Origin: Emiliania huxleyi CCMP1516
Taxonomy: Eukaryota
Direction of reading: 5' to 3'
NCBI RefSeq assembly: GCF_000372725.1
Contig: NW_005202113.1
Coordinates: forward strand, 62,001-126,000
Length of the DNA: 64,000 bases
Of this stretch, positions 35,876 to 46,291 are shown piece after piece. The notes below the pieces were generated by a model that was not told the DNA's origin, did no database searches, and saw only the letters and a list, made by a program, of their open reading frames with translations. The position numbers were made by a program, and so were the translations under genes. Position 1 is the stretch's first letter. Each line of letters starts with the position of its first letter.

Positions 35876-37869
35876 ATGGTGGGCTGGGAACGACTCGGCG
35901 TCCGCCTCCCTGCCGCCCTTGCCCGTGGGTTGGAGAGCGCTGGCCTGCGCCACCCGTCGGCCATCCAGCGCGCGGCCGCGCCGCGCATCTTTGCCGGCGA
36001 GAGCGTCGCCGTGCACGCGGAGACCGGCTCAGGCAAGACGCTCGCCTGCCTGGTGCCGCTGCTCGCGCGCTGTCGGCCCGGCGTGCCCAGGCAAGTGCTC
36101 GTGGTGGTGCCGTCGCACCAGCTCGCGCTGCAGACACGCGACGCGGCCGACGCTCTCCGCGTCGACGGCGTCCCCACCGCTGAGCTCCTCCGGCCGGCGC
36201 GCCGGGCGAGGCGTGAGGCGGCGCTCGAGGAGCAGCGCGCCGAGGTGCTCATCGCGACGGGTGGCCAGCTGGCCGCGCTGCTGCCGACGCTCGAGTCGAG
36301 CGCCGGCGCCCGCGCCGCCCTGCGCGCAAACCTGCGTGCGGTCGTGATTGACGAGGTTGACGAGCAGCTGTCGCTTCCGCCGAGGCTGGAGCTGCGGCGC
36401 TCGATGCGGCGGCGCGCGTCTCGCGACCGCTACCTGCGGCAGAGCGACCTGCCGAATGCGCTCCGCCTCCTCGTGCAGCGCACCAGGCGGCCGCACCGCA
36501 CCCCGTCCCACGGGCGCGGCGCGGGTGTCGGCGATGGCGAGGGAGGCGCGGCCGACGATGAGGGAGAGGGAGGCGAGTTTGAGGGCGGCGGCAAGTCGGC
36601 GGAGCGGCCGCGGTCGAGCTTTGGTCGCGTGCAGGTGGTGGCGCTCAGCGCGACGATGAGCCACAAGGCCCTGCGCGACCTCCTCGCCGTTGTCGGCCGC
36701 GAGGCCGGCAAGCTCGGGATCGTGGTGGCGAAAGACGGCGACGCCGCCGGCGCACGCGCCTTGTCGCAGGAGCGGCCGGCGCTGCCTCCGATTGGGCCGC
36801 CGCCGGCGGCTGTGAGCGAGCGCGAGGCGCGCGAGGTCTGGGCGAGGTACATGGACGAGGCTGGGGCGGGCACTGAGCCGGGCGGCGGGCGTGCGCTTGG
36901 CCGAGAGGAGGGGCGCGGCGTGCGGGGCGGGGTCCTGCGTGTGCCGGTCCCCGCCGCGATCGCGCACCAGCACTGGGTGTGCCGCGAGGCGGACAAGGCT
37001 GCGGCGGCCGTCGCGGCGATGCGCGAGCTGCGCCCCTCCCTCGCGCTCCTCGTCACGCGGGACGGGCTCAATGCCGACCAGGCTAGCGCGCCTCGGGGAG
37101 AGCGAGGCCCGTGGCTGGCCTTCACGCGTCTCGCAGCGAGCAGGTGGTGGGCGAGCTGGAGGCGGAGGGCCTCGAGGGGGCGCTGACGCTCGACGCCGTC
37201 ACCGCGCGCGCGGCGGGTGTGCCCGCCGGCGGCGATGAGCTCGAGCGCGGCGAGGGCGGCGAGCGCGGCGAGGGCGGGCCGTCGGCCGGCGCGCTGAGCG
37301 AGCGCCTCGCCGCCCTCGAGGGGGAGGGGCCGCCGCACGAGGCGATGCCGCTGCCGGAATGGGCCGTCAGGGCGCGGCGGCGGCGCGGAGCGAGGGCGAG
37401 CGGCGGGTCGGGCGGAGGGTGGCCTGGAGTTGGGGATGGGCCGGCCGGAGGCGGAGGCGGAGGCGGAGGGCTGCGCGAGGCGGCGGCGTCGGCGTCGCTT
37501 GTGGTAGCGCACGAGTCGGCGATCCGCGGGCTCGACTTGCCGGAGGTCGAGCTGGTGCTCATCACGATGGCGCCCGACTCGCCGGAGTCGTACATGCACA
37601 TGGCGGGCCGGACGGGCCGGTTTGGACGGCGGGGCGAGGTCGTGTCGATCCTCACGCCGCGCGAGCTGAGCGCGGCCGGCGTCGTGACCGCCTCGCTGCG
37701 CGGCGTCAAGTTCCGCACCAGGCGCTGGATTGCGCGAGAGGAGGCGCTGGAAGAGACGAGTGGCGCGCCGGAGGTGCATGTCCGGACGAGCGCCTTGAGA
37801 GCAATGCGGCGCAAGAGCCTCAGTCTGAGCCAGCGGCAGGCTGCGGACGCAGCTCTTACATTTCAGTAG
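35876..37869 (+). CDS. DEAD-box-like RNA helicase (divergent)
   Basis: PSAIQ (Q motif), AETGSGKTLA, VVIDEVD, LSAT, IRGLDLPEV, YMHMAGRTGRFG; GC-AG intron 37082-37143 restores frame. Confidence 0.85.
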
Positions 37870-38124
37870 ACCCCCGCTGCTTAAAAGTACTCACAAAAAC
37901 CGTTGACACTTGACATCCATCACACAAGACAAGAAGAGGGTCCCGGGGGGCAGCGGGCGAGTCCGAGAGAATCTCGCGCGTCGCGGGGACGCGAAAACGC
38001 TCTCTGCGTTCTCTCGCGTGTGCGCGTGGACGAAGCTTCCCAGCGCAAACAGAGGTAGGCGGTTTCGCGCTCCTCGCCCCCCAGGCCAGCGGCGGGCCAC
38101 GGTCCACCCTAGCAGTTGGCAGAG

Positions 38125-38991
38125 TCACGACCTCGCGCCGCTCTGTCGGTCGCGAAACGCGTCGCTCGCTCTGCGCCCGTCAATGGTGAGTGCGCTGCGG
38201 CGCGGCGCGTGGCGCGGCTGGCCGCCCGAGCCTGTGAGGCCGTGGCCGTACACCACCTGCGTGGTCGGTGGGCAGGGGGGCTGGTGGGCCGGTGGTTTTT
38301 GGGCCGGTGGGCCGCCTTGGCTGGGCGCTGCCGCCTGCTTGGGAAGGGGTCGGGCCGGGGCGGCAGTGGGCGGCGGGCTTTGGCGCGCCTCTGGCGATTT
38401 GAGGTGGACGAGGGTGGAGAGGAGCGGGTCGCGCTTCATCGACGGCGACGCCTTCTCCCACCTCCTCGTCACCTGGTTGAAATACGCCTCGACCAGCTCG
38501 CCCGACTCGAGCCGCCGGTTGTCTCTCCGCGCCGAGAGCGTGACGGCGCTCAGCCCAAGCACAAAGGTCGCGACGCAGCCGAGGGTCCACTGCATGCGCC
38601 GGCGCTCAGTCCGCGCGCGCGCCTCGCCAGCGGGCGTGTCCGCCCCAAAGTCCATGTACCCTTGGTACGGGTTGTACCCTGGCCGCGACGCTGAGCCGTA
38701 CTGCGCTCTCGTGCCCCACGTCTCGTAGGCGCGCTCTCGGCTGCGGCGCGGGCCGGCGCCGCGGCCGCCGCCCCGCGCTGTGGAGGAGGAAGCTTCCGCC
38801 TCCTCGGCCACCAGTGTCTCGTACGCCAGCGCAATCTGCTTGAAGCGCTGCTCCGCCGCCGCCTTGCTCGCGCCAGAGTGCTTGTCCGGGTGCCACGTCT
38901 TGGCGAGCATGCGAAAGGCGGTCTTGATCTCGGCCGGGGTCGCGCCCTGATTGAGGCCGAGCGCCCGGAGGCTCTCTCGGCACGCCGCCAT
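38125..38991 (-). CDS. DnaJ-domain protein with one transmembrane segment
   Basis: LGLNQGATPAEIKTAFRMLAKTWHPDK...AEQRFKQIALAYETL; hydrophobic WTLGCVATFVLGLSAV; probable in-frame intron near 38260-38390. Confidence 0.85.
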   Translation of the reverse strand: MAACRESLRALGLNQGATPAEIKTAFRMLAKTWHPDKHSGASKAAAEQRFKQIALAYETLVAEEAEASSSTARGGGRGAGPRRSRERAYETWGTRAQYGSASRPGYNPYQGYMDFGADTPAGEARARTERRRMQWTLGCVATFVLGLSAVTLSARRDNRRLESGELVEAYFNQVTRRWEKASPSMKRDPLLSTLVHLKSPEARQSPPPTAAPARPLPKQAAAPSQGGPPAQKPPAHQPPCPPTTQVVYGHGLTGSGGQPRHAPRRSALTIDGRRASDAFRDRQSGARS

Positions 38992-39260
38992 GCCCTACGG
39001 TGCCTGGTGTCGACCTGGGCCGGTTCGCCAAAATTTCGCGCCGAACGAAAGAATTGACACACTTGACGGAAGATCCCGCGACGGCGACTGTGGGGACCAC
39101 ATGATCCGTACAACATGCACATGCACATTCACATGAAGGGGCCGTTCGCGCTAGGCGGCGCGGGCACCACCACCGGGGCCGAGCGGGAGAAGACGTTCAA
39201 AGACCAAAGTTCTTCTTGTTCTGACCCCATTGAAAAAGAATTTTGGCTCCCTCGCTAGTA

Positions 39261-39996
39261 ATGGTCCTGCTGCTCTCCACGCTCGCCGCTGCCGCCGCCC
39301 TCGCCGGGCCTCCCGCCGGCGCCGCTGTCAGCCGCCGCGCCGCGCTGCTCGCCGGCAGCTGGAGCCTCGCCGCCGGGCCGGGCGCTGCGCACGCGCTCTT
39401 TGAGTCGCCGACGCAGGCCACGGTGCAGAAGCTGGCGACGGTGCTGCCCCGCGTGCAGTCGCTGATCAAGGAGGTTGCGGAGGTGGAGCGGCAGCGGGCC
39501 AAGCTGCCGCCCAACAACGAGGACGACGCGTACGTCCTCCGCTTTTCGCGGTCCGTGCTCGAGCCGCTCGCCGAGCCGATGGTCGAGGCGGGCGCGAAGC
39601 TCGGCGGCAGCGCTCCCGACCTGTCGGCGGCGTTCGGCGTGCACGTGGCTGAGCTCGACGCCGCGTGCAGGGCCAAGGCGGCCGACCGGGAGCGCAAGGA
39701 ACTCGAGGAGGTGGAGTCCTCCCTCTCCGGCTTCCTCGAGCTCGGCAAGCGGTGCGGCCCGCCGCGAGACCGCCTCCGCCTCGTCCGCCTGCCGCCGCCG
39801 CGTCGCGCGACTCCCACCGCCGCCGCCGCCCCGCACCTCCACGCCCCCGCGGCCCTGCCTCGCTGCCCAGTACGGCGCGCCTCACCCGCTGCCACCCGCC
39901 AGGCTCAAATACGACACGACGTCACGCGATGACATCAACTCCTACTCCGGGTCAACAGGCATCCTGTACAACAAGTTCCTCTTCCGCGCCGGCTGA
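39261..39996 (+). CDS. Putative plastid/thylakoid-lumen protein
   Basis: Signal peptide (MVLLLSTLAAAAAL), SRRAALL twin-arginine motif and AHA cleavage site; one intron near 39752-39902; ends GILYNKFLFRAG. Confidence 0.6.
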
Positions 39997-40450
39997 GCGC
40001 GGCGCGGGGAGGGTTGCAGCGCAGCTACTGGTTGGCGCCGGTAGGCGGTAGGATGGTAGCAGATTTTGACCGCGACATCGTCCTCGCTTTTTCGTTGAGT
40101 GTCAGCGGTGTGGGAAAACTCTACCTAGTTGGCGTCTTGCTCGTCGGGCGCCTCGAGCTTCTCAAGCTTGGCCGCGCGAGAGAGGAGAGACAAGCGGAGG
40201 CGCGCGCGGGCGGCCGTCGAGGCGGGCAGCCTCCGCTGCGGCGCTGCCCCCGCGGGGCGGGTGTACGGTGTGTTGAACCACGCCGTGTTGCAGGGAGCAC
40301 TCTTCGCGCACATCGCAGTTCCCCACCACACTTCTCGTCACTTCCACTTCGCACTTGGTGTGCTTGTGGAGCGGTCGTATACACACACATGGCACAAAAC
40401 CAACAACACAACAACCACCCTGGGCCACCCTCAGAGGCCGCGCTAGGCTG

Positions 40451-41581
40451 TCACACGACGCGGTACACAAGCAAAGCTCCTGAGATCCCAGCGCCTTCTG
40501 GCTCTCTACAGCAGGCAGCGACGAGCAGCCTAAGCTCCGGGTCAAAGCACATGCCGTCGCAGCCCGGGTAGCACCGATCAGTGAGATCGATCTGCTGCCG
40601 CAGAGCCGGCTCTCTGCCCAGTGTGAGTACGTCGAGCCACCCAGTGTGACGCGCGTGAGGGACCTTCTGCTTTGTCCTTTTAGACCGTGCGACGATGATT
40701 GTGTCATGCACGATGGTGAAAGCAGTGATGGGGGCACTGTTGCCACCGAGTACCGTGCGTCGAAACTCACCTTGCAGGCTGAAGCACGAGATGGCAGTCT
40801 TCGGTTCGCTTGGGCTAGTATCGTGGAGCACTCCGTGGAGCACATAGAGCTCGTCATCATGCACCGCAACCCCAGAAAACCCCGCTCGCAGGCACCGTGT
40901 TCCGCCCAAATCGACCGAGCGTACGTGCGTCAGGTCTGCGGCAAAGACTTCGATCTTATGATGCCCCTGGCCCTCATCCCTGTGGGCAACATAGACGTGG
41001 CCCTTGGCAAACGCGACGGCGACAGGATCATGAATATGCCAGGCGCCGTGCTCAGCCTCGATCGTTGTGCCGAGGAACTGGCCGTCAGCAAGCCGAAACT
41101 TGTGCAACATGCCGTTGAGGTCAACTGCGAACACATTGCCCTCGCCGTCATAAGCGCATGCGTTAGCGCCTTCCAGTCTGTCCGGGACAAAATCGTCCTC
41201 GTCCGTCGGCACCACCAGCTGGTCCGGTGTGCGGTGGATTTGGGGTCCAACGGTCATGCGCACGATTGGACGGCTGCGCAGGTTGTGAGGGGCATGCAAA
41301 TGATCGACGATCTGAAATTGGCAGTGGAGCCAATCTGCCACGCAGACCTGGCCATTGGGCAAAGCCGATACCCCCGAGGGTTCCCAGAAGCCTGGCAGCA
41401 CTTTGTCGAATACGCACACCTCCCAGGCCTGAAGGACGGGCATGAAGGCTGCACGGCTCCCGGTGCTCGTGCGGCACAGCTGGCGCACCGCATCAAGGTC
41501 TAGCCAGCCGTCCGAGATTCGCTGTGCTATATCGGGCATGTGCACGAGCTGCTCGGGGATCTGGTACCGCGGGTCTGGCAT
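40451..41581 (-). CDS. NHL-repeat / beta-propeller protein with possible F-box-like N-terminus
   Basis: PSGVSALPNGQVCVADW, PVAVAFAKGHVYVAH...HKIEVF, SGVAVHDDELYV repeats; N-terminal MPDIAQRISDGWLDLDAVRQLCRTS; intronless. Confidence 0.65.
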   Translation of the reverse strand: MPDPRYQIPEQLVHMPDIAQRISDGWLDLDAVRQLCRTSTGSRAAFMPVLQAWEVCVFDKVLPGFWEPSGVSALPNGQVCVADWLHCQFQIVDHLHAPHNLRSRPIVRMTVGPQIHRTPDQLVVPTDEDDFVPDRLEGANACAYDGEGNVFAVDLNGMLHKFRLADGQFLGTTIEAEHGAWHIHDPVAVAFAKGHVYVAHRDEGQGHHKIEVFAADLTHVRSVDLGGTRCLRAGFSGVAVHDDELYVLHGVLHDTSPSEPKTAISCFSLQGEFRRTVLGGNSAPITAFTIVHDTIIVARSKRTKQKVPHARHTGWLDVLTLGREPALRQQIDLTDRCYPGCDGMCFDPELRLLVAACCREPEGAGISGALLVYRVV

Positions 41582-41823
41582 GGGACAGCGTGTCGACGGG
41601 CCGCTGCCACGTGCGAGCACCAGCTAAGGGTGGGCTTGGGGCGCGTCGCGCCACTCGCTCTGGATGAAACGGCTGAAGAAGAGAAGGAGCTTCTGCCCGG
41701 CGCCGCGGAGAACACGGTGACTAGACCGGACTGGGAGGATCTAAAGGGAGTTTTCATCAATCTCGTCAGATGAGATTTCGAAGCTTCGGGGGAACAAGAA
41801 CTTTCCGAGAACTAGAGGCACCC

Positions 41824-44800
41824 ATGTCGGTGCTCGGCGAGACGAACGCTGCTGACGGCGAGGAGACGGTCGCCGTGATCGGATCCGGCATCAGCGGGCT
41901 CGCCTCCGCGTGGCTCCTCGCGCGGCAGGGCAAGCGTGTGACGCTCTTCGAGTCTGAGGAGACCCTCGGCGGCCATGCGCTCACCGTCGAGACAAAGATC
42001 GCGGGCCCGATTGACCTCGGCTTCCAAGTGTGCAACCTGACCAACTACCCGCACCTGTTCGGCTTCTTCGACCAGCTCGGCATCGACACCGTCGAGTCGG
42101 ACATGTCCTTCGCCCTCTCCACACCCACCTCTGAGTGGGGCTCTCGCGGCCTCGGCGCCATCTTTGCCACGCCCGGCTCAGCCACCTCGCCCGCCCACTG
42201 GCGGATGCTGCGGGACGTGCTCGCCTTTGGGCGGCAGGCGCCCGAGGTGCTCCGCAGCCCGGAGGCGTGGGAGGGCGTCACCCTCGGCAAGTACCTCGCC
42301 CGCCGCCGCTACTCGTCCGAGTTTGTGCAGCGCTACGTTGTGCCGATGACTGCGGCCGTCTGGTCGTGCTCGGACGCGCAGGCGCTCGAGTTCCCCGTCG
42401 TGCCGCTCATCCGCTTCTGGTCGAACCACCACCTCCTCTCCATCCTCGAGCGGCCGGTGTGGCGCGTCGTCGAGGGCCGCTCGCGTGCGTACGTCGCGGC
42501 GGCGGCGGCGGCCATCAAGGACGTGCGCACCGGCTCTCGCGTGGAGGAGGTGCGGCGGGTGGCGGCGGGCGAGGGCGGCGGCGTCGCGGTGCGCGTGGCG
42601 GGGGAGGCGCGCGAGTGCCGCTTCGACGCGGTGGTGCTGGCGACGCACTCGGACGTCTCGCTCTCCCTGCTGGGCGACGGCGCGAGCGCGGCAGAGAGGG
42701 CGGTGCTCGGCGCCATCCGCTACAGCTCCAACGAGGTGTACGTGCACACGGACGCGTCGCTGATGCCTCGCGCGCGCGCGACGTGGGCGTCGTGGAACTG
42801 CATCAAGACGGAGCGGCCGGACGAGGCGACCGCCGCCGTCTGCGTCTCGTACTGGGTCAACCTGCTGCAGAACCTGCCCGCCGGCACGCCGGACCTCTTC
42901 GTGACCCTCAACCCGCCCTCGCCGCCCGACGCGGCGAAGACGGTCCGGCGGGTGCAGCTCGCGCACCCGCTCTTTGACGGCGCGGCGGTGGCGGCGCAGG
43001 CGCGGGTGGGCGGCCTGCAGGGCTCTGGCGGCGTCTACTTTTGCGGTGCGGCGCAGCTGCCGCCTCGCGCGCCTCCTCTCCCCTCCGCCGACCCTCCCTC
43101 AAGCCTCGCCCACAGGCGCGTGGTGCGGGTACGGCTTCCACGAGGACGGGATCGCCTCGGCCGTCCGCGCCGTCGAGGCGCTCTGCGGCGGCGGGCCGGT
43201 CGTGCCGTGGGAGCCCTTCTCGTGCGACGCGAAGGTGGGCCTCGTCCCGCGCGCCTGCCTCAGCCTCTTCCTCCGCTTCGGCGACGCGATGCTCTCGCGC
43301 GGCGGCGCCATCCGCCTCATCCTGCCGACCGGGGCCGACTGCTGGCTCGGCGACCGCGCCGCGCCGGCCGAGCAGACGGCGGTCGTGCGCGTGCGGCGCG
43401 CCTCCCTCTTCCAAAAGGTGGTTTGCAAGTCGGACATCGGGCTCGGCGAGGCGTACATGGACGGCGATTACGCCGGGGACGTCTTCAAGCTGCTGCTGCT
43501 CCTCTCGCGCTCGAACTCGGGCAGCCCGTCGCAGCTGCGCCAGGCGACGGCCGGCGCCCTCGGCTGGGCCGGCGGCGCGCTCCACTCGCTCTTCGAGCGC
43601 CTCGAGCGCGACGCGCACTATGCAAACTCAAACACAGAGGAGGGGTCGGCACGAAACATCTCGTACCACTACGACGCGGGCAACGACTTTTACAAGCTCA
43701 TCCTCGACGAGACGATGCTGTGCGCCGCCGCCCCCATTCCGCCGCCGGCCCCTGCCCCGCCCCGCCGCCTCCCACCACGCCCGAGCCCGCCTCCAGGTAC
43801 TCGTCCGCCGTCTTCACGGCCGAGCGCGCCGCCGCGCTGGCGGCCCTCGACGCGGCCGGCAAGGAGGCCAGCCTCGAGGAGGCGCAGTACGAGAAGATCG
43901 ACGCGATGATCCGCGCCGCCCAGCTGCGGCCTGGCGAGCACGTGCTCGAGATCGGGTGCGGCTGGGGCGCCTGCGGCGTGCGGATGGCGCAGGTGGCGGG
44001 CGTGCGCGTGACGGGCATCACCATCTCGCGCGAGCAGCTCGCCGAGGCTCGCAAGCGCGCGCGCGAGGCGAACGTGGAGCACCTCGTCACCTTCGAGTTT
44101 TGCGACTACCGGAACGTGCGCGGCCAGTTCGACAAGGTAGTCTCGATCGAGATGATCGAGGCGGTGGGGCACGAGCACCTGCCAACCTTCTTCGCCGCCG
44201 TCTCGCGCGCCCTCAAGCCGGGCGGGCTCGCCGCCATCCAAGTCATCACCAGTGCGCTCACGCCCCCCCTCTCCCCCCACCCACGCCCCCACCCACCCGC
44301 CCACCCCGCCCTCCTCCCGCCCCCGGCGGCGCCCCTCCCAACCCCGCGCCGCCCACTCCCCTCGCCCCCAGTGCCCGACGAGCGGTACGAGGCGTACTGC
44401 AACTCGCACTCCGACTTCATCCGCACCCACATCTTCCCGGGCGGCCACCTCCCGTCGATGGGAGCGATGACCGCCATCTCCTCCCGCCTCGGCCTCGAGC
44501 TGCACGGCGCAGCCGACGTCGGCGACGACTACGCAATCACGCTCCGCCTCTGGCGCGAGCGGCTCACCGCCCGCGCGCGGCAGATCGAGGCGCTCGGCTA
44601 CCCGCGCCGCTTCATCCGCATGTACGAGTTCTACTTCGCCTACTGCGAGGCCGGGTTCGCCAACCAGCTCATCCACGACTACCAGCTCACCTTCCGCAAA
44701 TCGCCGCTCCCGCGGCCGCTCCCGCCGCCGACGGACGCGGCGCCGACGCCGGTCGACCCGCTCACGGCGACGCTGCTCTTGGTGTGGGGCGGCCTCACCG

Positions 44801-45957
44801 CCGCGCTCGTCGCCTCCAAGCCGCACATGGCCATCGTCCCCGCGGCGCTCGTCGCCGTGCTCTCGGCCTGCGGCCTGCTCCGCGCCTTCTGCGGCTTGGC
44901 GCCCTTCCGCGCCGCCGCGGCGACCGCGGCGCTCGCGGCCGCCCTCACAGCCGCCTCCTCGGCCGCGCTGCTTATCGCGGCCATGGCGACGGCGGACCTC
45001 AGCGCAGCCGCCGCGCCCGTCGCCGTCACTTCGCGGGCCGCGAGGGCGGCTGCCAAGGCCGCCCGCAGCGCCGCCGCCGCCCCATCGTCGCTCCCCGACG
45101 TCGCGTCCGCGGTGCGGTGCTTCGTCGAGCTGCTGCAGCGCCCGTCGCCGCCCGCCCCGCTCCAGGCGGCCGCGCGCGCCGTGGTCGGATCGGCCGCCGG
45201 CTGCAACGCCGCCCGCGCTTGGGAGGCTGTGCGTCACCGCCAGCTCCGCACCGACACTTTCGAGGGCGCCGCCTCGGCCGTCTTCCTGGTCGTCGCGGCG
45301 GCGGCGCTCTACCACGACATCGCGTTGCTCCCCATCGCCCTTGCGCAGCTCTCCGAGGCGCACGCACTCCTTCTCCGGCTGCGCATGCTCAAGCGCGCGC
45401 CAGAGCCGGCGGCCACCGGCCAGCCGCCCGCGCCGCCCGGAGGCGGGTTTGGTCTGGGGCTCGCCTTCCTCGTGCTGCGCGCTGCGCCGCACGCCGCGCT
45501 GATCGGCGCGACAATGCCTCGCCTCCTCGCGCCGGGCGAGGAGCGCACCGCGGTCACGTGGGCCGCGCTCCTCTCGTTGAGCGTGATGGTGATGCACGAC
45601 AGCACCGTCCTGCTCTCCGAGGTGCGCCCGCCGATATGCGCCCCGAACGGCTATCAGGGCAACCCGCGACCCCTCTCACCCCCCCGCCACGCCGTCTCAG
45701 GTCCGCCGGCACCTCCTTGCGTCTCGCCTCGCTCACCTCGAGGGCCTGACCGCTGGCAACCACCGCAAGTCGAGCTGATTGGGCAGGCCGCCAGAGGGAA
45801 GGGTGGGGGACCAGCCGGGAGCGTCCCGCAGCCCGCTGCGGTGAAGCGCGCAGAAGAGAAACGGGCGCCGCCACGGGCTTCACGACTCGCGTCTCGATAC
45901 CGAGACACCAGCCTACGTGGTGGTGTCGATACCGAACCTCGTACATACGCGGTGTGA
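41824..45957 (+). CDS. Fusion: FAD-dependent oxidoreductase + cyclopropane-fatty-acyl-phospholipid-synthase-type methyltransferase + TLC-like membrane domain
   Basis: VAVIGSGISGL...GGHA...DLGFQV...YP; spliced YFCGAWCGYGFHEDG; IGLGEAYMDG, NISYHYDAGNDFY, VLEIGCGWG, CDYR, VSIEMIEAVG, IFPGG. GT-AG introns at 43046-43115, 43720-43796 and 44252-44371. Multi-TM tail; 3' end uncertain. Confidence 0.88.
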   Translation: MSVLGETNAADGEETVAVIGSGISGLASAWLLARQGKRVTLFESEETLGGHALTVETKIAGPIDLGFQVCNLTNYPHLFGFFDQLGIDTVESDMSFALSTPTSEWGSRGLGAIFATPGSATSPAHWRMLRDVLAFGRQAPEVLRSPEAWEGVTLGKYLARRRYSSEFVQRYVVPMTAAVWSCSDAQALEFPVVPLIRFWSNHHLLSILERPVWRVVEGRSRAYVAAAAAAIKDVRTGSRVEEVRRVAAGEGGGVAVRVAGEARECRFDAVVLATHSDVSLSLLGDGASAAERAVLGAIRYSSNEVYVHTDASLMPRARATWASWNCIKTERPDEATAAVCVSYWVNLLQNLPAGTPDLFVTLNPPSPPDAAKTVRRVQLAHPLFDGAAVAAQARVGGLQGSGGVYFCGAAQLPPRAPPLPSADPPSSLAHRRVVRVRLPRGRDRLGRPRRRGALRRRAGRAVGALLVRREGGPRPARLPQPLPPLRRRDALARRRHPPHPADRGRLLARRPRRAGRADGGRARAARLPLPKGGLQVGHRARRGVHGRRLRRGRLQAAAAPLALELGQPVAAAPGDGRRPRLGRRRAPLALRAPRARRALCKLKHRGGVGTKHLVPLRRGQRLLQAHPRRDDAVRRRPHSAAGPCPAPPPPTTPEPASRYSSAVFTAERAAALAALDAAGKEASLEEAQYEKIDAMIRAAQLRPGEHVLEIGCGWGACGVRMAQVAGVRVTGITISREQLAEARKRAREANVEHLVTFEFCDYRNVRGQFDKVVSIEMIEAVGHEHLPTFFAAVSRALKPGGLAAIQVITSALTPPLSPHPRPHPPAHPALLPPPAAPLPTPRRPLPSPPVPDERYEAYCNSHSDFIRTHIFPGGHLPSMGAMTAISSRLGLELHGAADVGDDYAITLRLWRERLTARARQIEALGYPRRFIRMYEFYFAYCEAGFANQLIHDYQLTFRKSPLPRPLPPPTDAAPTPVDPLTATLLLVWGGLTAALVASKPHMAIVPAALVAVLSACGLLRAFCGLAPFRAAAATAALAAALTAASSAALLIAAMATADLSAAAAPVAVTSRAARAAAKAARSAAAAPSSLPDVASAVRCFVELLQRPSPPAPLQAAARAVVGSAAGCNAARAWEAVRHRQLRTDTFEGAASAVFLVVAAAALYHDIALLPIALAQLSEAHALLLRLRMLKRAPEPAATGQPPAPPGGGFGLGLAFLVLRAAPHAALIGATMPRLLAPGEERTAVTWAALLSLSVMVMHDSTVLLSEVRPPICAPNGYQGNPRPLSPPRHAVSGPPAPPCVSPRSPRGPDRWQPPQVELIGQAARGKGGGPAGSVPQPAAVKRAEEKRAPPRASRLASRYRDTSLRGGVDTEPRTYAV

Positions 45958-46291
45958 GTGCCTCTCGGACCTGCTGCTAGCCCGGCCGGAGTCTTGAGAG
46001 GCGCAGAGTGTGGAGAGTGAGAGATCGGTCCCAGATCGGCCACCGCCGCGCACACACACATTTTAAGAGACGCACGCACCTCGCACGCGGTCTCTTGACT
46101 CCTCGGTGTGCGCCAACGGATTTTACTTGTGTGTATATTTACGTACTCCACTCTGGGACATGCGTGTACACGTACAAGCCGCTCAGCGGCTGAACTCCCC
46201 GGCTTCTTCCTTTTCTCTCTGTGTGAGCTGTGACCACATGATCGATGATGGCACACATGAGACGGCCGGAGGCGGAGCCCGCGCTATCCCC

